Assembly (NCBI GenBank): GCA_963706325.1
Contig: CAVPLT010000001.1
Location: 480,001 to 544,000, forward strand
Origin: an uncultured Nitrospiraceae bacterium
GTDB lineage: Bacteria > Nitrospirota > Nitrospiria > Nitrospirales > Nitrospiraceae
Reading direction: 5' to 3'
Length of the DNA: 64,000 nt
The notes beneath the pieces are model-generated. The model saw nothing but the letters and a program-made list of their open reading frames with translations. It had not been told where the DNA came from and made no database searches. A program made the translations under genes and the position numbers. Positions within the stretch are counted from its first letter, which is position 1; every line of letters begins with the position of its first letter. This document shows positions 44,732-55,369 of this stretch, in pieces.

Positions 44732-47191
44732 ATGCCGCCAGATGAACGCCTAGGACAGATTGCGATCGAAGACGAGATGCGCTCGTCCTATCTCGACTAT
44801 GCGATGAGTGTGATCGTCGGGCGCGCGCTACCCGATGTGCGGGACGGCCTCAAGCCGGTGCATCGACGGATTTTGCACGGCATGAATGAAATGGGGCTCG
44901 CCGCGAATCGGCCCTATCGCAAGTCGGCCAAGATCGTCGGCGAGATCATGGGTAATTACCATCCCCATGGAGACTCGGCGATCTACGACACACTCGTGCG
45001 CATGGCGCAGAACTTCAACATGCGCTACATGCTGGTCGACGGACAGGGAAACTACGGCTCGATGGACGGCGATGCCGCAGCGGCCATGCGGTACACCGAA
45101 GCGCGTTTGACCAAATTGGCCGAAGAACTGCTGGCGGATATTGATAAGGAGACGGTCGATTTCGGGCCCAATTACGACGAGTCTCTCGTAGAGCCGCTTG
45201 TCCTGCCCTCCAAGGTGCCGAATCTTCTGGTCAACGGCGCGGGCGGCATCGCGGTCGGCTATGCTACGAACATTCCCACGCACAATCTGGGCGAGGTCAT
45301 CGAAGGACTGCTCCTGCTGCTTGATGATCCCGAGGTCACTATTGCCCAGTTGATGAAGAAAATACCCGGCCCTGATTTCCCAACGGCCGGATTTATTTAC
45401 GGGACCGCCGGAATCAAAGACGCCTATGAGACCGGACGCGGGTTACTGACCGTCCGTGCTAAGGTCGCCATCGAGACGGATGAACGCACCGACCGGGAAC
45501 GACTCATCGTCACGGAAATTCCCTATCAGGTGAACAAGTCGAAGCTGATCGAGAAGATCGCCGATCTGGCGCAGGAAGATCGCGTGACGGGTATCTCCGA
45601 CATCCGCGACGAGTCGGATCGTGAGGGCGTTCGCGTGGTGATCGAGCTGAAACGGAATGAGATTCCCCTCGTGGTCCTGAATAACCTCTATAAACATAGT
45701 CAGTTGCAGACCACGTTCGGTGTGAACATGCTGGCGTTGGTCAATAATCGGCCGGAAGTGCTGAACCTCAAGCGGATTCTCGTCGCCTTCGTTGAGCATC
45801 GGCGCGAGGTCGTCGTGCGGCGGACGTCTTATGATCTTCGCAAGGCGGAGGAACGCGCCCATATCCTTGAAGGCCTCAAGATCGCGCTGGATAATCTGGA
45901 TGCCGTCATCGCCCTCATCCGGCGCTCGCAATCTCCGGATGTCGCCCGCACCGGCTTGATGCAACAGTTTCAGTTGTCGGAACTGCAGGCGAACGCCATT
46001 CTGGAGATGCGCCTGCAGCGGCTCACCCAGCTGGAGCGCAATAAGCTGATCGAGGAGTATCGCGAGGTACTGAAGCAGATTGAATATCTGCGGTCGATCC
46101 TGGGCAGCGAGGCGCTGGTGCGCCAAATCATCCGCAATGAATTGACCGAGATCAAAGACAAGTATCAGGACGAGCGTCGCACGAAGATCGTGAAGGAAGA
46201 AGCCGAGCTGACGCTCGAGGACCTGATCGCCGAAGAAGAAGTGGTGGTCACGATTACGCACACCGGCTACATCAAGCGAAATGCGGTCACCCTCTATCGT
46301 GCGCAACGGCGAGGGGGCAAAGGCAAGATCGCGATGGGCATTAAAGAAGAGGATTTCGTCGAAACCCTCTTCACTGCGTCCACGCACGATTCTCTGCTGT
46401 TCTGTACCGATGCCGGCAAGGTCTATTGGCTCAAGGTGCACGAAATTCCCGAGGCGAGTCGAGCTGCAAAGGGAAAAGCGCTGGTAAACCTTTTGGCCCT
46501 CTCGAAGGACGAGAAAGTCACGGCCTCGCTTCCGGTAAAAGAATTCCGTGCGGATCGCTTTATCATCATGGCGACCAAGCTGGGCATCATTAAAAAGACC
46601 GAATTGTCGGCCTATAGCAATCCGCGCCAGGGCGGCATTATCGCGCTCACGCTCGATCCGGGTGACAAGCTGATCGGGGTCGATTTGACCGATGGCCAGC
46701 GAGAAATTCTGTTAGGCACCAAACAAGGCATTACCATTCGCTTCAAAGAGGAAGATGTGCGGCCCATGGGCCGTACCGCCCACGGTGTGCGTGGGATCAC
46801 GCTGGAGTCCGGCGACGAGGTCATTGGGATGGAGACCATCACGCCAGACTCGACGACCGCGATCCTGACCGTGACTGAATGCGGTTATGGGAAGCGGACA
46901 CCGGTGAACGAATACCGCGTGCAGGGACGCGGCGGGAAAGGCATTATCAGCGTCAAGACGACGGAGCGCAACGGACCGGCGGTCGGGTTCCTCCAAGTCC
47001 GTGATGAAGATGAAATCATGTTGATGGCGGCTCAGGGAAAAGTACTGCGCTGTAAGGTGGACGACATCCGCGAAATCGGACGCAATACCCAAGGCGTCCG
47101 CTTGCTGGATATGGATGGCGATGAAGATCGCGTGGTCGCCGTGGCGCGTCTGGTCGAACGTGAAGAAGCGATGCCCGACGAAGGTGAATAG
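44732..47191 (+). CDS. gyrA: DNA gyrase subunit A
   Basis: YHPHGDSA, AAMRYTE, GyrA-box QRRGGKG. Confidence 0.98.
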   Translation: MPPDERLGQIAIEDEMRSSYLDYAMSVIVGRALPDVRDGLKPVHRRILHGMNEMGLAANRPYRKSAKIVGEIMGNYHPHGDSAIYDTLVRMAQNFNMRYMLVDGQGNYGSMDGDAAAAMRYTEARLTKLAEELLADIDKETVDFGPNYDESLVEPLVLPSKVPNLLVNGAGGIAVGYATNIPTHNLGEVIEGLLLLLDDPEVTIAQLMKKIPGPDFPTAGFIYGTAGIKDAYETGRGLLTVRAKVAIETDERTDRERLIVTEIPYQVNKSKLIEKIADLAQEDRVTGISDIRDESDREGVRVVIELKRNEIPLVVLNNLYKHSQLQTTFGVNMLALVNNRPEVLNLKRILVAFVEHRREVVVRRTSYDLRKAEERAHILEGLKIALDNLDAVIALIRRSQSPDVARTGLMQQFQLSELQANAILEMRLQRLTQLERNKLIEEYREVLKQIEYLRSILGSEALVRQIIRNELTEIKDKYQDERRTKIVKEEAELTLEDLIAEEEVVVTITHTGYIKRNAVTLYRAQRRGGKGKIAMGIKEEDFVETLFTASTHDSLLFCTDAGKVYWLKVHEIPEASRAAKGKALVNLLALSKDEKVTASLPVKEFRADRFIIMATKLGIIKKTELSAYSNPRQGGIIALTLDPGDKLIGVDLTDGQREILLGTKQGITIRFKEEDVRPMGRTAHGVRGITLESGDEVIGMETITPDSTTAILTVTECGYGKRTPVNEYRVQGRGGKGIISVKTTERNGPAVGFLQVRDEDEIMLMAAQGKVLRCKVDDIREIGRNTQGVRLLDMDGDEDRVVAVARLVEREEAMPDEGE

Positions 47192-47233
47192 GCCCTCTGC
47201 CGGTAGCACGGAGTGTAGTCGGCTCTTCTGATC

Positions 47234-47854
47234 ATGGCCATGAACCACTCGACTTCGCCGCCGGCCGGGGCAACGGCCGGAGTCCGCACCAAGCGTCCTC
47301 TCGATACAGTCGTGAAAATGGCGTTGGGCGTCCTGTTCGGGTCGTTCGCGCTGATCTGGGGCGGGATGTTTCTCAGCCGGCCGGACCGTTCGATTCCTCC
47401 CTATAGCATCGGGTCTCAGGAACGCACATTGGTCGCTGTTCACGTCCCATCCTGGACCAGCGATACGGAAATTCAGACGTTGATCGAGCGGTTCAGGAAA
47501 GTCGCCGGTGAAAGTCGGAACTTTGGTAGCATGAAGATTCACCCTACCACCCCTGACGATCCCCAGGGCCGGTATCAACACATGGCGGTGTATATCTTCA
47601 CCGATGAAGGCTGGACCGAACCGGAAGTCCTCCACAAATACGTGATCGGCGAAGATGCGAAGGTGCGAGAGGGATTCGAAGGGTCTTTACGGGGTTTCTA
47701 TCGACTTGATGGGCAGGAAGAGGAAGGTCGTATGGGGCCTATCCTCCGAGGAAAAGACACCGCCGCGACGGCAGCCTACTCCCGACAGCTGTTCAAGGGG
47801 CCTGTCGTGGCGGCTGAGAGGGTCGATCCGACTGGCTCAAGGTCTGAACCATGA
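47234..47854 (+). CDS. Hypothetical membrane-anchored protein
   Basis: 206-aa ORF with one TM helix, co-oriented with gyrA. Confidence 0.7.
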   Translation: MAMNHSTSPPAGATAGVRTKRPLDTVVKMALGVLFGSFALIWGGMFLSRPDRSIPPYSIGSQERTLVAVHVPSWTSDTEIQTLIERFRKVAGESRNFGSMKIHPTTPDDPQGRYQHMAVYIFTDEGWTEPEVLHKYVIGEDAKVREGFEGSLRGFYRLDGQEEEGRMGPILRGKDTAATAAYSRQLFKGPVVAAERVDPTGSRSEP

Positions 47855-48296
47855 CGGCGGTCAGGCGGTCGCGGAGCGTCTGATCCTGTATGCCTTTCGT
47901 GTGCAGTGTCGCTTCGTTGAGCAGCTCGGCGGACGCTTGGCGGGGGGGCGGTTCTTGGTTGGTGACTTCCGCTACGGTTACATGGTCCGAGGCGAACTCG
48001 CCAATGCGTAAGACGATCTCCGTGACCAGCGACTCCCCTGCCATCGTATTCACCTTCTGCAGCAGGACCGGCTTGAGAAAGGTGAGCTGCTGAAGCCACA
48101 CGGAGTTGTGTACAAAGATCGTGAGCTTCTTGAATCGAATCTGGTCAGGCCGCGTGTGAGTTGCGATCGGCTCTCCCACGATGTCGGGCCATTGCCGGCG
48201 GAGGCGCGCTTCGAATAGCTTGCTTTCCAGCCCCAACCTGGGGGCGAGAACGGCTAGGATGGCGCCAAATGAATCGAGCCTGCTCTGTCCTCTCAT
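47793..48296 (-). CDS. dciA: DciA/DUF721 family helicase-loader protein
   Basis: WPDIVGEPIATHTRP, VHNSVWLQQL, low-complexity C-terminal tail. Confidence 0.8.
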   Translation of the reverse strand: MRGQSRLDSFGAILAVLAPRLGLESKLFEARLRRQWPDIVGEPIATHTRPDQIRFKKLTIFVHNSVWLQQLTFLKPVLLQKVNTMAGESLVTEIVLRIGEFASDHVTVAEVTNQEPPPRQASAELLNEATLHTKGIQDQTLRDRLTAVMVQTLSQSDRPSQPPRQAP

Positions 48297-48348
48297 GGCG
48301 CGATCATAACAAAAAGCGCTCGATAGAAATAGCGCGGACGAGTGTCAT

Positions 48349-48828
48349 ATGAAGAAAACTCACGACAAAGAAGATCAATACAAAGTGGTGGCCACCAATC
48401 GGAAGGCCTACCACGACTATTTTATCGAAGAGAAGTTCGAGGCCGGGGTCATCCTGCGGGGGACCGAGGTGAAATCATTGCGGGAAGGACGCGTCAATCT
48501 GCAAGACAGTTACGCGTCGCTCGATGGCGATGAAATCTATCTGCAGCATTGCCATATCAGCCCATACTCGCATGGGAATCTTTCGAATCATGATCCCCTA
48601 CGCAAACGAAAACTCCTGCTGCATCGTAAGGAAATCAACAAGCTGATGGGGAAGACTCAACTCAAGGGTCTGACCATCGTCCCGTTGCGTATCTATTTCT
48701 CGAAACGCGGGCTCGCGAAGGTGGAGCTGGCACTTGCGAAGGGGAAAAAGCAATATGACCGCCGAGCAACCATCAAGGCGCGTGAAGCCGGCCGCGAAGT
48801 TGAACGGGCGATTAAAGAAAGGAAGTGA
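48349..48828 (+). CDS. smpB: SsrA-binding protein
   Basis: NRKAYHDY, GTEVKSLR, RKLLLHRKEI, GKKQYDRR. Confidence 0.97.
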   Translation: MKKTHDKEDQYKVVATNRKAYHDYFIEEKFEAGVILRGTEVKSLREGRVNLQDSYASLDGDEIYLQHCHISPYSHGNLSNHDPLRKRKLLLHRKEINKLMGKTQLKGLTIVPLRIYFSKRGLAKVELALAKGKKQYDRRATIKAREAGREVERAIKERK

Positions 48829-49198
48829 ATCTCAGCTTCCGCCGCCGTCTCTCTCCCGGATATCTCAAGCCCTCTCGAACAGACGTTCTCCCGTCTTCCC
48901 TCCGTAGAGATGGTTGCACATCCTCCTAGATCATCTTCCCATGTGTGTCTGGCGATGGCTGCCTGCGCCTGCGGGATTGAATTGCTGACGGGTCGCATGT
49001 GTCATTTGCTCGGCGCAGCCGTATAAGATACTGACAAAGCAGGATAAAATTGGTTGTGCTTCCCGACGTCCCTTTCCACTTGATTTAGTCCTAACCAGAA
49101 CTATTATACTAGGGTCGGCGTGAAGAAGGAATGTGAGGATGGAAGGTTGATGAAAGAATCCGGCTTGTATGATGGTTCACAGTCAGAGGAGGTGCGTG

Positions 49199-49648
49199 GT
49201 GAAACATTTCTTTGCGACAGATGAGAGCTGGTCAGGATTGATCCTGCGGCTGACACTCGGCCTAGTGATGTTTCCACACGGGGCGCAAAAGCTCCTTGGC
49301 TGGTTTGGGGGCTCTGGGTTCGAGGGCACCATGGGGTTCTTCACTCAGAAGATGGGCCTGCCTTGGATCATCGCGTTCCTAGTCATCATGGGTGAGTTTT
49401 TCGGCAGCCTCTGGTTGCTCGCCGGTTTCCTGACGCGTTTCACTGCTGCCAGCTTTATCGTGATTATGCTCGGGGCGATCGTGACCACGCATTTGAAGGT
49501 AGGATTCTTCATGAACTGGTTTGGGCAACAACAGGGAGAAGGTTATGAGTACCATCTGTTGATGATCGGCATCGGTCTCGCGCTGTTAATGACGGGTGCC
49601 GGTAAATGGTCGATAGATCGACTCATTGGGGCAAAGGTGGAGAAATAG
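49199..49648 (+). CDS. DoxX family membrane protein
   Basis: HGAQKLLGWFGG, GFFMNW, GYEYHL, GAGKWSID. Confidence 0.9.
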   Translation: MKHFFATDESWSGLILRLTLGLVMFPHGAQKLLGWFGGSGFEGTMGFFTQKMGLPWIIAFLVIMGEFFGSLWLLAGFLTRFTAASFIVIMLGAIVTTHLKVGFFMNWFGQQQGEGYEYHLLMIGIGLALLMTGAGKWSIDRLIGAKVEK

Positions 49649-49688
49649 GCCTCGGATGAGGCGGAAGACTCGCGAAAGGGGTGGAACT

Positions 49689-50435
49689 ATGAGCACGGTC
49701 GGGACACAGCCTACTGAAATCCAGATCCGTCGAGCCCACGAACGTTTCCACACGGAGGCCGGATGGCTCGACTCGTGGCACAGCTTCAGCTTTTCGAACC
49801 ACTACGACCCGGCCAATACCCACCATGGGCTGTTGCTGGTGAACAACGACGATAGGGTAAAGGCCGGTACTGGCTTTCGCACGCACCCGCACCAGGATAT
49901 GGAAATTGTCACGTGGGTGCTGGACGGGGAGTTGGAACATAAAGATTCCGAAGGGAACAATGGGATTATCTATCCGGGGCTCGCACAGCGGATGAGTGCC
50001 GGAACCGGCATCTGGCATTCGGAAATGAACCCCAAGGCCGACAAGGACGTGCATTTCATTCAAATGTGGGTTGTACCCGACACTCAGAGGATTGCTCCCG
50101 GTTATGAACAGCTCGACATCAATAAGTATCTGGCGAAGGGAGGGCTCGTCCCAATTGCCTCGGGGAAGGGACACGATAGCGCCATCTCGATTCGACAGAA
50201 AGGAGCGGTTCTCTGGGGCGGCCGACTTCTACCGGGAGAAACCGTCGTGCTGCCGGACAACGCGCACGTTCACCTGTTTGTGGCGAAAGGGTCCGGACAT
50301 CTGGAGGGGGCTGGGAGCCTACACAGAGGCGATGCCGTTCGACTCACCGCAGCGGGAGCGCGGAAACTGACGGCGGACGGGATCACGGGAGCTGAAGTGC
50401 TGCTCTGGGAAAGTGAAGGAACGGCGTCATTCTAG
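49689..50435 (+). CDS. Pirin family protein (YhhW-like)
   Basis: SWHSFSF, GFRTHPHQDMEI, MSAGTGIWHSE. Confidence 0.92.
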   Translation: MSTVGTQPTEIQIRRAHERFHTEAGWLDSWHSFSFSNHYDPANTHHGLLLVNNDDRVKAGTGFRTHPHQDMEIVTWVLDGELEHKDSEGNNGIIYPGLAQRMSAGTGIWHSEMNPKADKDVHFIQMWVVPDTQRIAPGYEQLDINKYLAKGGLVPIASGKGHDSAISIRQKGAVLWGGRLLPGETVVLPDNAHVHLFVAKGSGHLEGAGSLHRGDAVRLTAAGARKLTADGITGAEVLLWESEGTASF

Positions 50436-50581
50436 TTCACGGCAGAGCTAAGGTCAGCGCCTGATAGGGCAGCGGTCCTCGGCATAGTCAGCCTGTGGGG
50501 TGGCGGCGCGTGTGTATTTGAAGGCAAGCCGCGTTAAGCTGCATAGTCAGTACAACTATCTGCAACGGAAGGAGATGAACG

Positions 50582-51478
50582 ATGAACCAGCAGGCGCTGA
50601 GTGCGGTCGCCGCGACGAAAGAGCTCATCGGAATTTATCAAGCAGGGTCGCGCCATATGGTCGGGGACGGGTTTCCGGTCCGCAACATGATTCCAGGCGC
50701 CGGGATCGACGAACAGTTGTCGCCGTTTTTGCTCTTGGATTACCTTGGTCCGGAGCAGTTTCCACCGACGACTCGGCAGCCCGGTGTGGGCGAGCACCCG
50801 CATCGTGGATTTGAGACGGTCACGATCATGTATCACGGCAAAGTGGCGCATCGTGATTCGACCGGGAGCGGAGGTGTCATTGGTCCGGGCGATGTGCAGT
50901 GGATGACTGCCGCATCCGGTATTGTGCATGAGGAACTGCACGAAAAAGGATTTGCCACACAGGGGGGGCTGTTGGAGGGCATCCAGCTGTGGGTGAATCT
51001 TCCCAAAGCGGTCAAGATGTCGCCCCCCCGGTATCAGACGCTGGTAAACAGTGACATCCCTTCAGTCGATCTCGGGGGAGGAGCGGGCCGGCTGCGTGTG
51101 ATCGCTGGAGAGTTTCGCGGCGTGAAAGGTCCAGCAAAGACGTTCAGTCCAGTCCACCTGTATGACCTGCAGCTGAAGGCGGGGCACCATGCTGAACTGT
51201 TCTTGCCGGAGGGGTTCAATTCTTCGCTGTTCGTCATGCATGGGCGGGTCGCGCTGAATGGGTCTCAGGTCGTGCGGGAAGTGGAAATCGCACTCTTCGG
51301 ACAGAAAGGCGAACGGCTGTCCCTCGAAGCCAAGGAAGACGCAACCATCCTCGTGTTGAGCGGGGAGCCGATTCGTGAGCCGATCGCCCGATACGGCCCG
51401 TTCGTCATGAACCAGCGCGACGAACTGGTGCAGGCTGCGCGTGATTACCAAGCAGGCAAGATGGGACATTTGTCATGA
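50582..51478 (+). CDS. Pirin family protein
   Basis: SPFLLLDY, HPHRGFETVT, WMTAASGIVHEE, GPFVMN. Confidence 0.92.
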   Translation: MNQQALSAVAATKELIGIYQAGSRHMVGDGFPVRNMIPGAGIDEQLSPFLLLDYLGPEQFPPTTRQPGVGEHPHRGFETVTIMYHGKVAHRDSTGSGGVIGPGDVQWMTAASGIVHEELHEKGFATQGGLLEGIQLWVNLPKAVKMSPPRYQTLVNSDIPSVDLGGGAGRLRVIAGEFRGVKGPAKTFSPVHLYDLQLKAGHHAELFLPEGFNSSLFVMHGRVALNGSQVVREVEIALFGQKGERLSLEAKEDATILVLSGEPIREPIARYGPFVMNQRDELVQAARDYQAGKMGHLS

Positions 51479-52116
51479 CCGATCAGGCCCTCACGATCGA
51501 CGTGTATTCGGATGTGGTCTGCCCTTGGTGTTACATCGGCAAGCGGCGGTTGGAACAGGCGCTGGATACGGTGCAGAAACGAAACTCCGCCCGTGTGATC
51601 TGGCGCCCGTTTCAGCTCAACCCGACCATGCCGAAGGCCGGGATGGACCGTCGCGTCTATCTTGAAGCGAAGTTCGGCGGTCCCGGCGAGCTGAAGGCCA
51701 TTCAGGATCGCGTCGCCGCCGTTGGGACAAGTACAGGCATCGACTTCGCGTTCGACCGCATTAAGCGGACGCCCAATACGTTCGATGCGCACCGCGTGAT
51801 CCGGTTCGCGCGGCAGCAGGCTCATCAGGATGAAGTGGTCGAAGAACTGTTTCGCGGCTACTTGACTGAGGGCCTCAATATAGGGGGAGCCGAAGTGCTG
51901 ATCTCTCTCGCAGCGCGCGCCGGACTGGACAGTGACAAGGTCGGCCGGTTGCTACAAAGCGAGGATGGTATCGACGCCGTGCGACAGGAAGAGGCGCGCG
52001 GACATCAGCTAGGGATTAGAGGCGTTCCCTACTTCGTGTTGAATGGGAACAGCACCGTGTCGGGTGCGCAGCCGGTGGAGACATTCGTCTCTGAGATCGA
52101 GCGGGCCACCCGTTGA
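51475..52116 (+). CDS. DsbA/FrnE family oxidoreductase
   Basis: SDVVCPWCYIG, PFQLNP, GVPYF, SGAQP. Confidence 0.92.
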   Translation: MTDQALTIDVYSDVVCPWCYIGKRRLEQALDTVQKRNSARVIWRPFQLNPTMPKAGMDRRVYLEAKFGGPGELKAIQDRVAAVGTSTGIDFAFDRIKRTPNTFDAHRVIRFARQQAHQDEVVEELFRGYLTEGLNIGGAEVLISLAARAGLDSDKVGRLLQSEDGIDAVRQEEARGHQLGIRGVPYFVLNGNSTVSGAQPVETFVSEIERATR

Positions 52117-52128
52117 GGAGGAGCATAG

Positions 52129-52572
52129 ATGGCTGTTCAGGTATATGGATGCAACCACATCGTTATCGAAGTCACCGATGCCAAAAAAGCCGTGAAGTTT
52201 TATGAGGATGTCTTCGGATTACAAATGCTGCGCGGCGGCGAAGGCGCCGCCTGGTGCAAACTTGGCGAGCATCAATTCATGGCCATTTTCGAGGTGGAGC
52301 AGCTGCAGCCGGATCGAGTGAAACACTTTGGTCTGATGGTCCGGGACGCACGGCAGATCAAGGAAGTCCGGCGTAAACTCACGCAGAAATATAAGTTGAA
52401 GCTGCATCCTGATTTTCGATGCGATTTCAGTGATCCCTGGGGCAACCGTATTCAGGTTGGAGACTTAAGCGACGAGTCGCTCGTATGGCTTCTTCCTTAT
52501 CAGGAAGTGCAGAAGACCGGACTCACCTTTTCCACAACGCCACGTGTATCATCACGAAAGGAGACAACATGA
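52129..52572 (+). CDS. VOC/glyoxalase family protein
   Basis: NHIVIEV...FYEDVFG, HFGL, DPWGNRIQ. Confidence 0.85.
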   Translation: MAVQVYGCNHIVIEVTDAKKAVKFYEDVFGLQMLRGGEGAAWCKLGEHQFMAIFEVEQLQPDRVKHFGLMVRDARQIKEVRRKLTQKYKLKLHPDFRCDFSDPWGNRIQVGDLSDESLVWLLPYQEVQKTGLTFSTTPRVSSRKETT

Positions 52573-52943
52573 GCACCACAAATCTATCCCAACGCCTGCA
52601 AGGACTCTTGACCTCGATTCAGCAGGGGAAGATTATGGAAGCCATGACAGAGTTCTATGATACGGACACGGTGATGCAGGACAATGCCAATCCACCGACG
52701 AAAGGGCTCGCCGCCAACATCGAGCGCGAGAAGCAGTTTTTAAATGGCGTCAAGGAGTGGAAAGGGTTTCACGTCGTGGCTTCCGGCGTCGGCGACGATG
52801 CCACGTTCTATGAATGTGTCATGGAATTCATTGCGACCAATGGTCAGCCCGTGCGCATGGAACAGGTGTCCGCAGCCAAATGGAAGAACGGCAAGATCGT
52901 CCAGGAGCGATTTTATTACGACACGGCAAAACAGGGATCGTAA
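52569..52943 (+). CDS. SnoaL/NTF2-like protein
   Basis: FYDTDTVMQD, KWKNGKIVQERFYY. Confidence 0.8.
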   Translation: MSTTNLSQRLQGLLTSIQQGKIMEAMTEFYDTDTVMQDNANPPTKGLAANIEREKQFLNGVKEWKGFHVVASGVGDDATFYECVMEFIATNGQPVRMEQVSAAKWKNGKIVQERFYYDTAKQGS

Positions 52944-53028
52944 CGATACGAGTGAAGGGCGGGAGCTGCGGGGCAATAAGCCTCCGGCTCCTCCCCGCGG
53001 TGTGTGAGCGAGTCTCATAAGGAGTCGC

Positions 53029-53733
53029 ATGGGATTGGATGGAAAAGTGGTGGTGATCACCGGAGGCTCAGGGGCCCTGGGGCACACAGTCACGCCGGTC
53101 TGTGTCCGTGCGGGTGCGCGGGTGATCACAGTCGATCGCACTAGTCGACCGAAAGCCGCCGGATGGACGGCGCTTCAAGCCGACGTAACCGATGAAGCGG
53201 ACGTCCAGCGAGTCGTGCGCGAGGTGATTCAGAGTCACGGGCGCCTCGATGTGCTGATCAATTTGGTGGGCGGCTTTGCCATGGGACGTCTGGCAGACAC
53301 GGAGGTGGAGCTCTGGCAGCGGATGCTGGGGATGAATGTCACGCCGGCGTTTCTACTCTCGAAAGCCGCCATCCCTCACATGACGAAACAGGGTCATGGT
53401 CGCATTCTGCATGTGGCCGCCTGGGCAGCGGTCGAGCCGTTTCCTGGAGCTGCGGCCTACATTATCGCCAAATCGAGCCTAATCGCATTGATCAAAATCT
53501 TGGCGCTTGAACTAAAGGGATCAGGTGTCACCGTCAACGGCGTGTTGCCCAACACCATCGATACGCCGGCCAACCGTGCCAATATGCCCAAGGTCGATCC
53601 GTCCACCTGGACGAAGCCGGAATCTATCGCCGAAGCGCTGCTCTTTCTCGCTTCCGAGGAAGCAGGTCAAGTCAGCGGAGCGGCCATTCCTGTCGGCACC
53701 AGCGGCGGTACGAAGGCCGCAGGGAAAGCATAG
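53029..53733 (+). CDS. Short-chain dehydrogenase/reductase
   Basis: TGGSGALG, YIIAK, IDTPANR. Confidence 0.9.
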   Translation: MGLDGKVVVITGGSGALGHTVTPVCVRAGARVITVDRTSRPKAAGWTALQADVTDEADVQRVVREVIQSHGRLDVLINLVGGFAMGRLADTEVELWQRMLGMNVTPAFLLSKAAIPHMTKQGHGRILHVAAWAAVEPFPGAAAYIIAKSSLIALIKILALELKGSGVTVNGVLPNTIDTPANRANMPKVDPSTWTKPESIAEALLFLASEEAGQVSGAAIPVGTSGGTKAAGKA

Positions 53734-53748
53734 GGAAGGAGCGAGCGC

Positions 53749-54141
53749 ATGCCGAGTACGAATCCCACCCGCACGCACCTGGACAATTTGTCCCGGTCAC
53801 TGCTTCGCCTGCATAAGGCATTGCTGGATAGCGAGCGAGTCTCTTACGAACGGGTGCATGGGCGAATCCCGTCCAACGGGGCCTTTCTTCAGTTGGTATT
53901 GGGAGACGCATGGTTCGCCTGGTTACGTCCGCTGTCTCAATTGATGGCCAAATTCGATGAGCTGTGTGAAGAAGATGAGGATTCCAGCAACCCGCAAATT
54001 GCCGAACTCATGGCCTCAGCTCGTACGCTGCTGACACCATCTGAGGCGGGAGAGGGATTCCCCAGACATTACTACGATGCGCTGCAACGGGAGCCGGATG
54101 TGGTGTTGGCGCATGCGGCCACCCGCGCGCTGCTTCGATAA
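53749..54141 (+). CDS. Hypothetical protein
   Basis: AAGGAG RBS; 130-aa helical ORF in operon context. Confidence 0.7.
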   Translation: MPSTNPTRTHLDNLSRSLLRLHKALLDSERVSYERVHGRIPSNGAFLQLVLGDAWFAWLRPLSQLMAKFDELCEEDEDSSNPQIAELMASARTLLTPSEAGEGFPRHYYDALQREPDVVLAHAATRALLR

Positions 54142-54658
54142 CGGCATCAACGTATGCAGACGGGTGATGCATGGATCGCAGCTACCAGGTTGCGGCTGTG
54201 CGCGAATCCCGGGGAGCCGCCGCCGCCGCCCGCACCTCCATCCTTCGAAGGCGGTGTTATCCTCATCAATGGCGTGCAGCAAGCCGAGGATCACGCGATG
54301 GCTCTTCCCCGGGGCGGTGGTAGCTTGGTGGTGCGGGCTAGCGTTCAAGCACTGGACCGACAGGAGACCCGAGGGAATCCAACCAGGGTCGCTTGTAACC
54401 CATGAAGCCTTGGCCCACCTCCATCAAGAAACAAATCTAGAATGGTCCTACTATCTGCCCGATCTATTTCGCAGGTCGCACACCGGACATTCCGATTCGG
54501 ACCAGATCAGATGCTGAAAAATGCAGACGGAGCGAGCCGAATTCTGCGCAGGATGACGTCATGGCGACAATCGAAGAGCTGAAAAACCGAACATGTCCGC
54601 AGGCGGTTTGCCGCCCGGGTACCGCTGAAATGGAGTGAAACAAGAGGGAGGTCCAGAG

Positions 54659-55105
54659 ATGAAGGCGCATTACTTAGGTCACGTCGTGTTTTATGTGAGA
54701 GATCTTCAGCGCGCGCTGGCCTTCTACCGGGACTTGCTCGGTTTTCAGGAAGTCGGACGCATCTTCAACGGCGGCGCGGCCGCGTTGACGTCCGGCCGCA
54801 CTCATCACGAACTGCTGTTGATCCAGGTCGGTGATGCGCCGGGGCCTCCGTCCGGAAGGCGTCGGGGGCTGTATCATATCGGCATCAAGGTGGGCGACAG
54901 CCTGGATGAGTTGCGCGCCGCCAAGCGAGACTTGGAAAAGGCCGGCGTAACCATCGACGGCATGAGCGACCATACGGTGAGCCAGAGTCTCTACCTGCGT
55001 GATCCCGACGGCAACGAGATTGAGCTGTACGTAGACGCGGATGAGGCGATCTGGAAAAATAATCCCGCCGCGGCCGTCGCGCCGATCAAGCCGTTGCATT
55101 TGTAG
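54659..55105 (+). CDS. VOC family protein (catechol-dioxygenase-like)
   Basis: LGHVV, HHELLL, GLYHIG, SLYLRDPDGNEIELY. Confidence 0.88.
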   Translation: MKAHYLGHVVFYVRDLQRALAFYRDLLGFQEVGRIFNGGAAALTSGRTHHELLLIQVGDAPGPPSGRRRGLYHIGIKVGDSLDELRAAKRDLEKAGVTIDGMSDHTVSQSLYLRDPDGNEIELYVDADEAIWKNNPAAAVAPIKPLHL

Positions 55106-55369
55106 TCAGCTCGTAGGTATGTTCGACATAAAGGTCGGACGCATATTCCGCTCTGGTCTTGTTACCTACCCGTCAATCCAGAAATTGTTCTGAATAAAGA
55201 CGCCGCCCTCATTCTCTAGATCGTTGTTTCGGGAGCCGGATGAAATACAGAGGACGCATAGGGGCAAAGAAAAGATTGGCGGACAGGTTCTTATTAGGCC
55301 GTCGCCAGGCCTGCAGGATTCTATAGAATGGGAGCTGGCTGAGCGGGCGCTAACCGGAGGTGTTGTCGT

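Noticed and set aside
48829..49168. tmRNA next to smpB
   Set aside because: No GGGG..GGWTTCGAC 5' end and no T-arm/CCA 3' end seen
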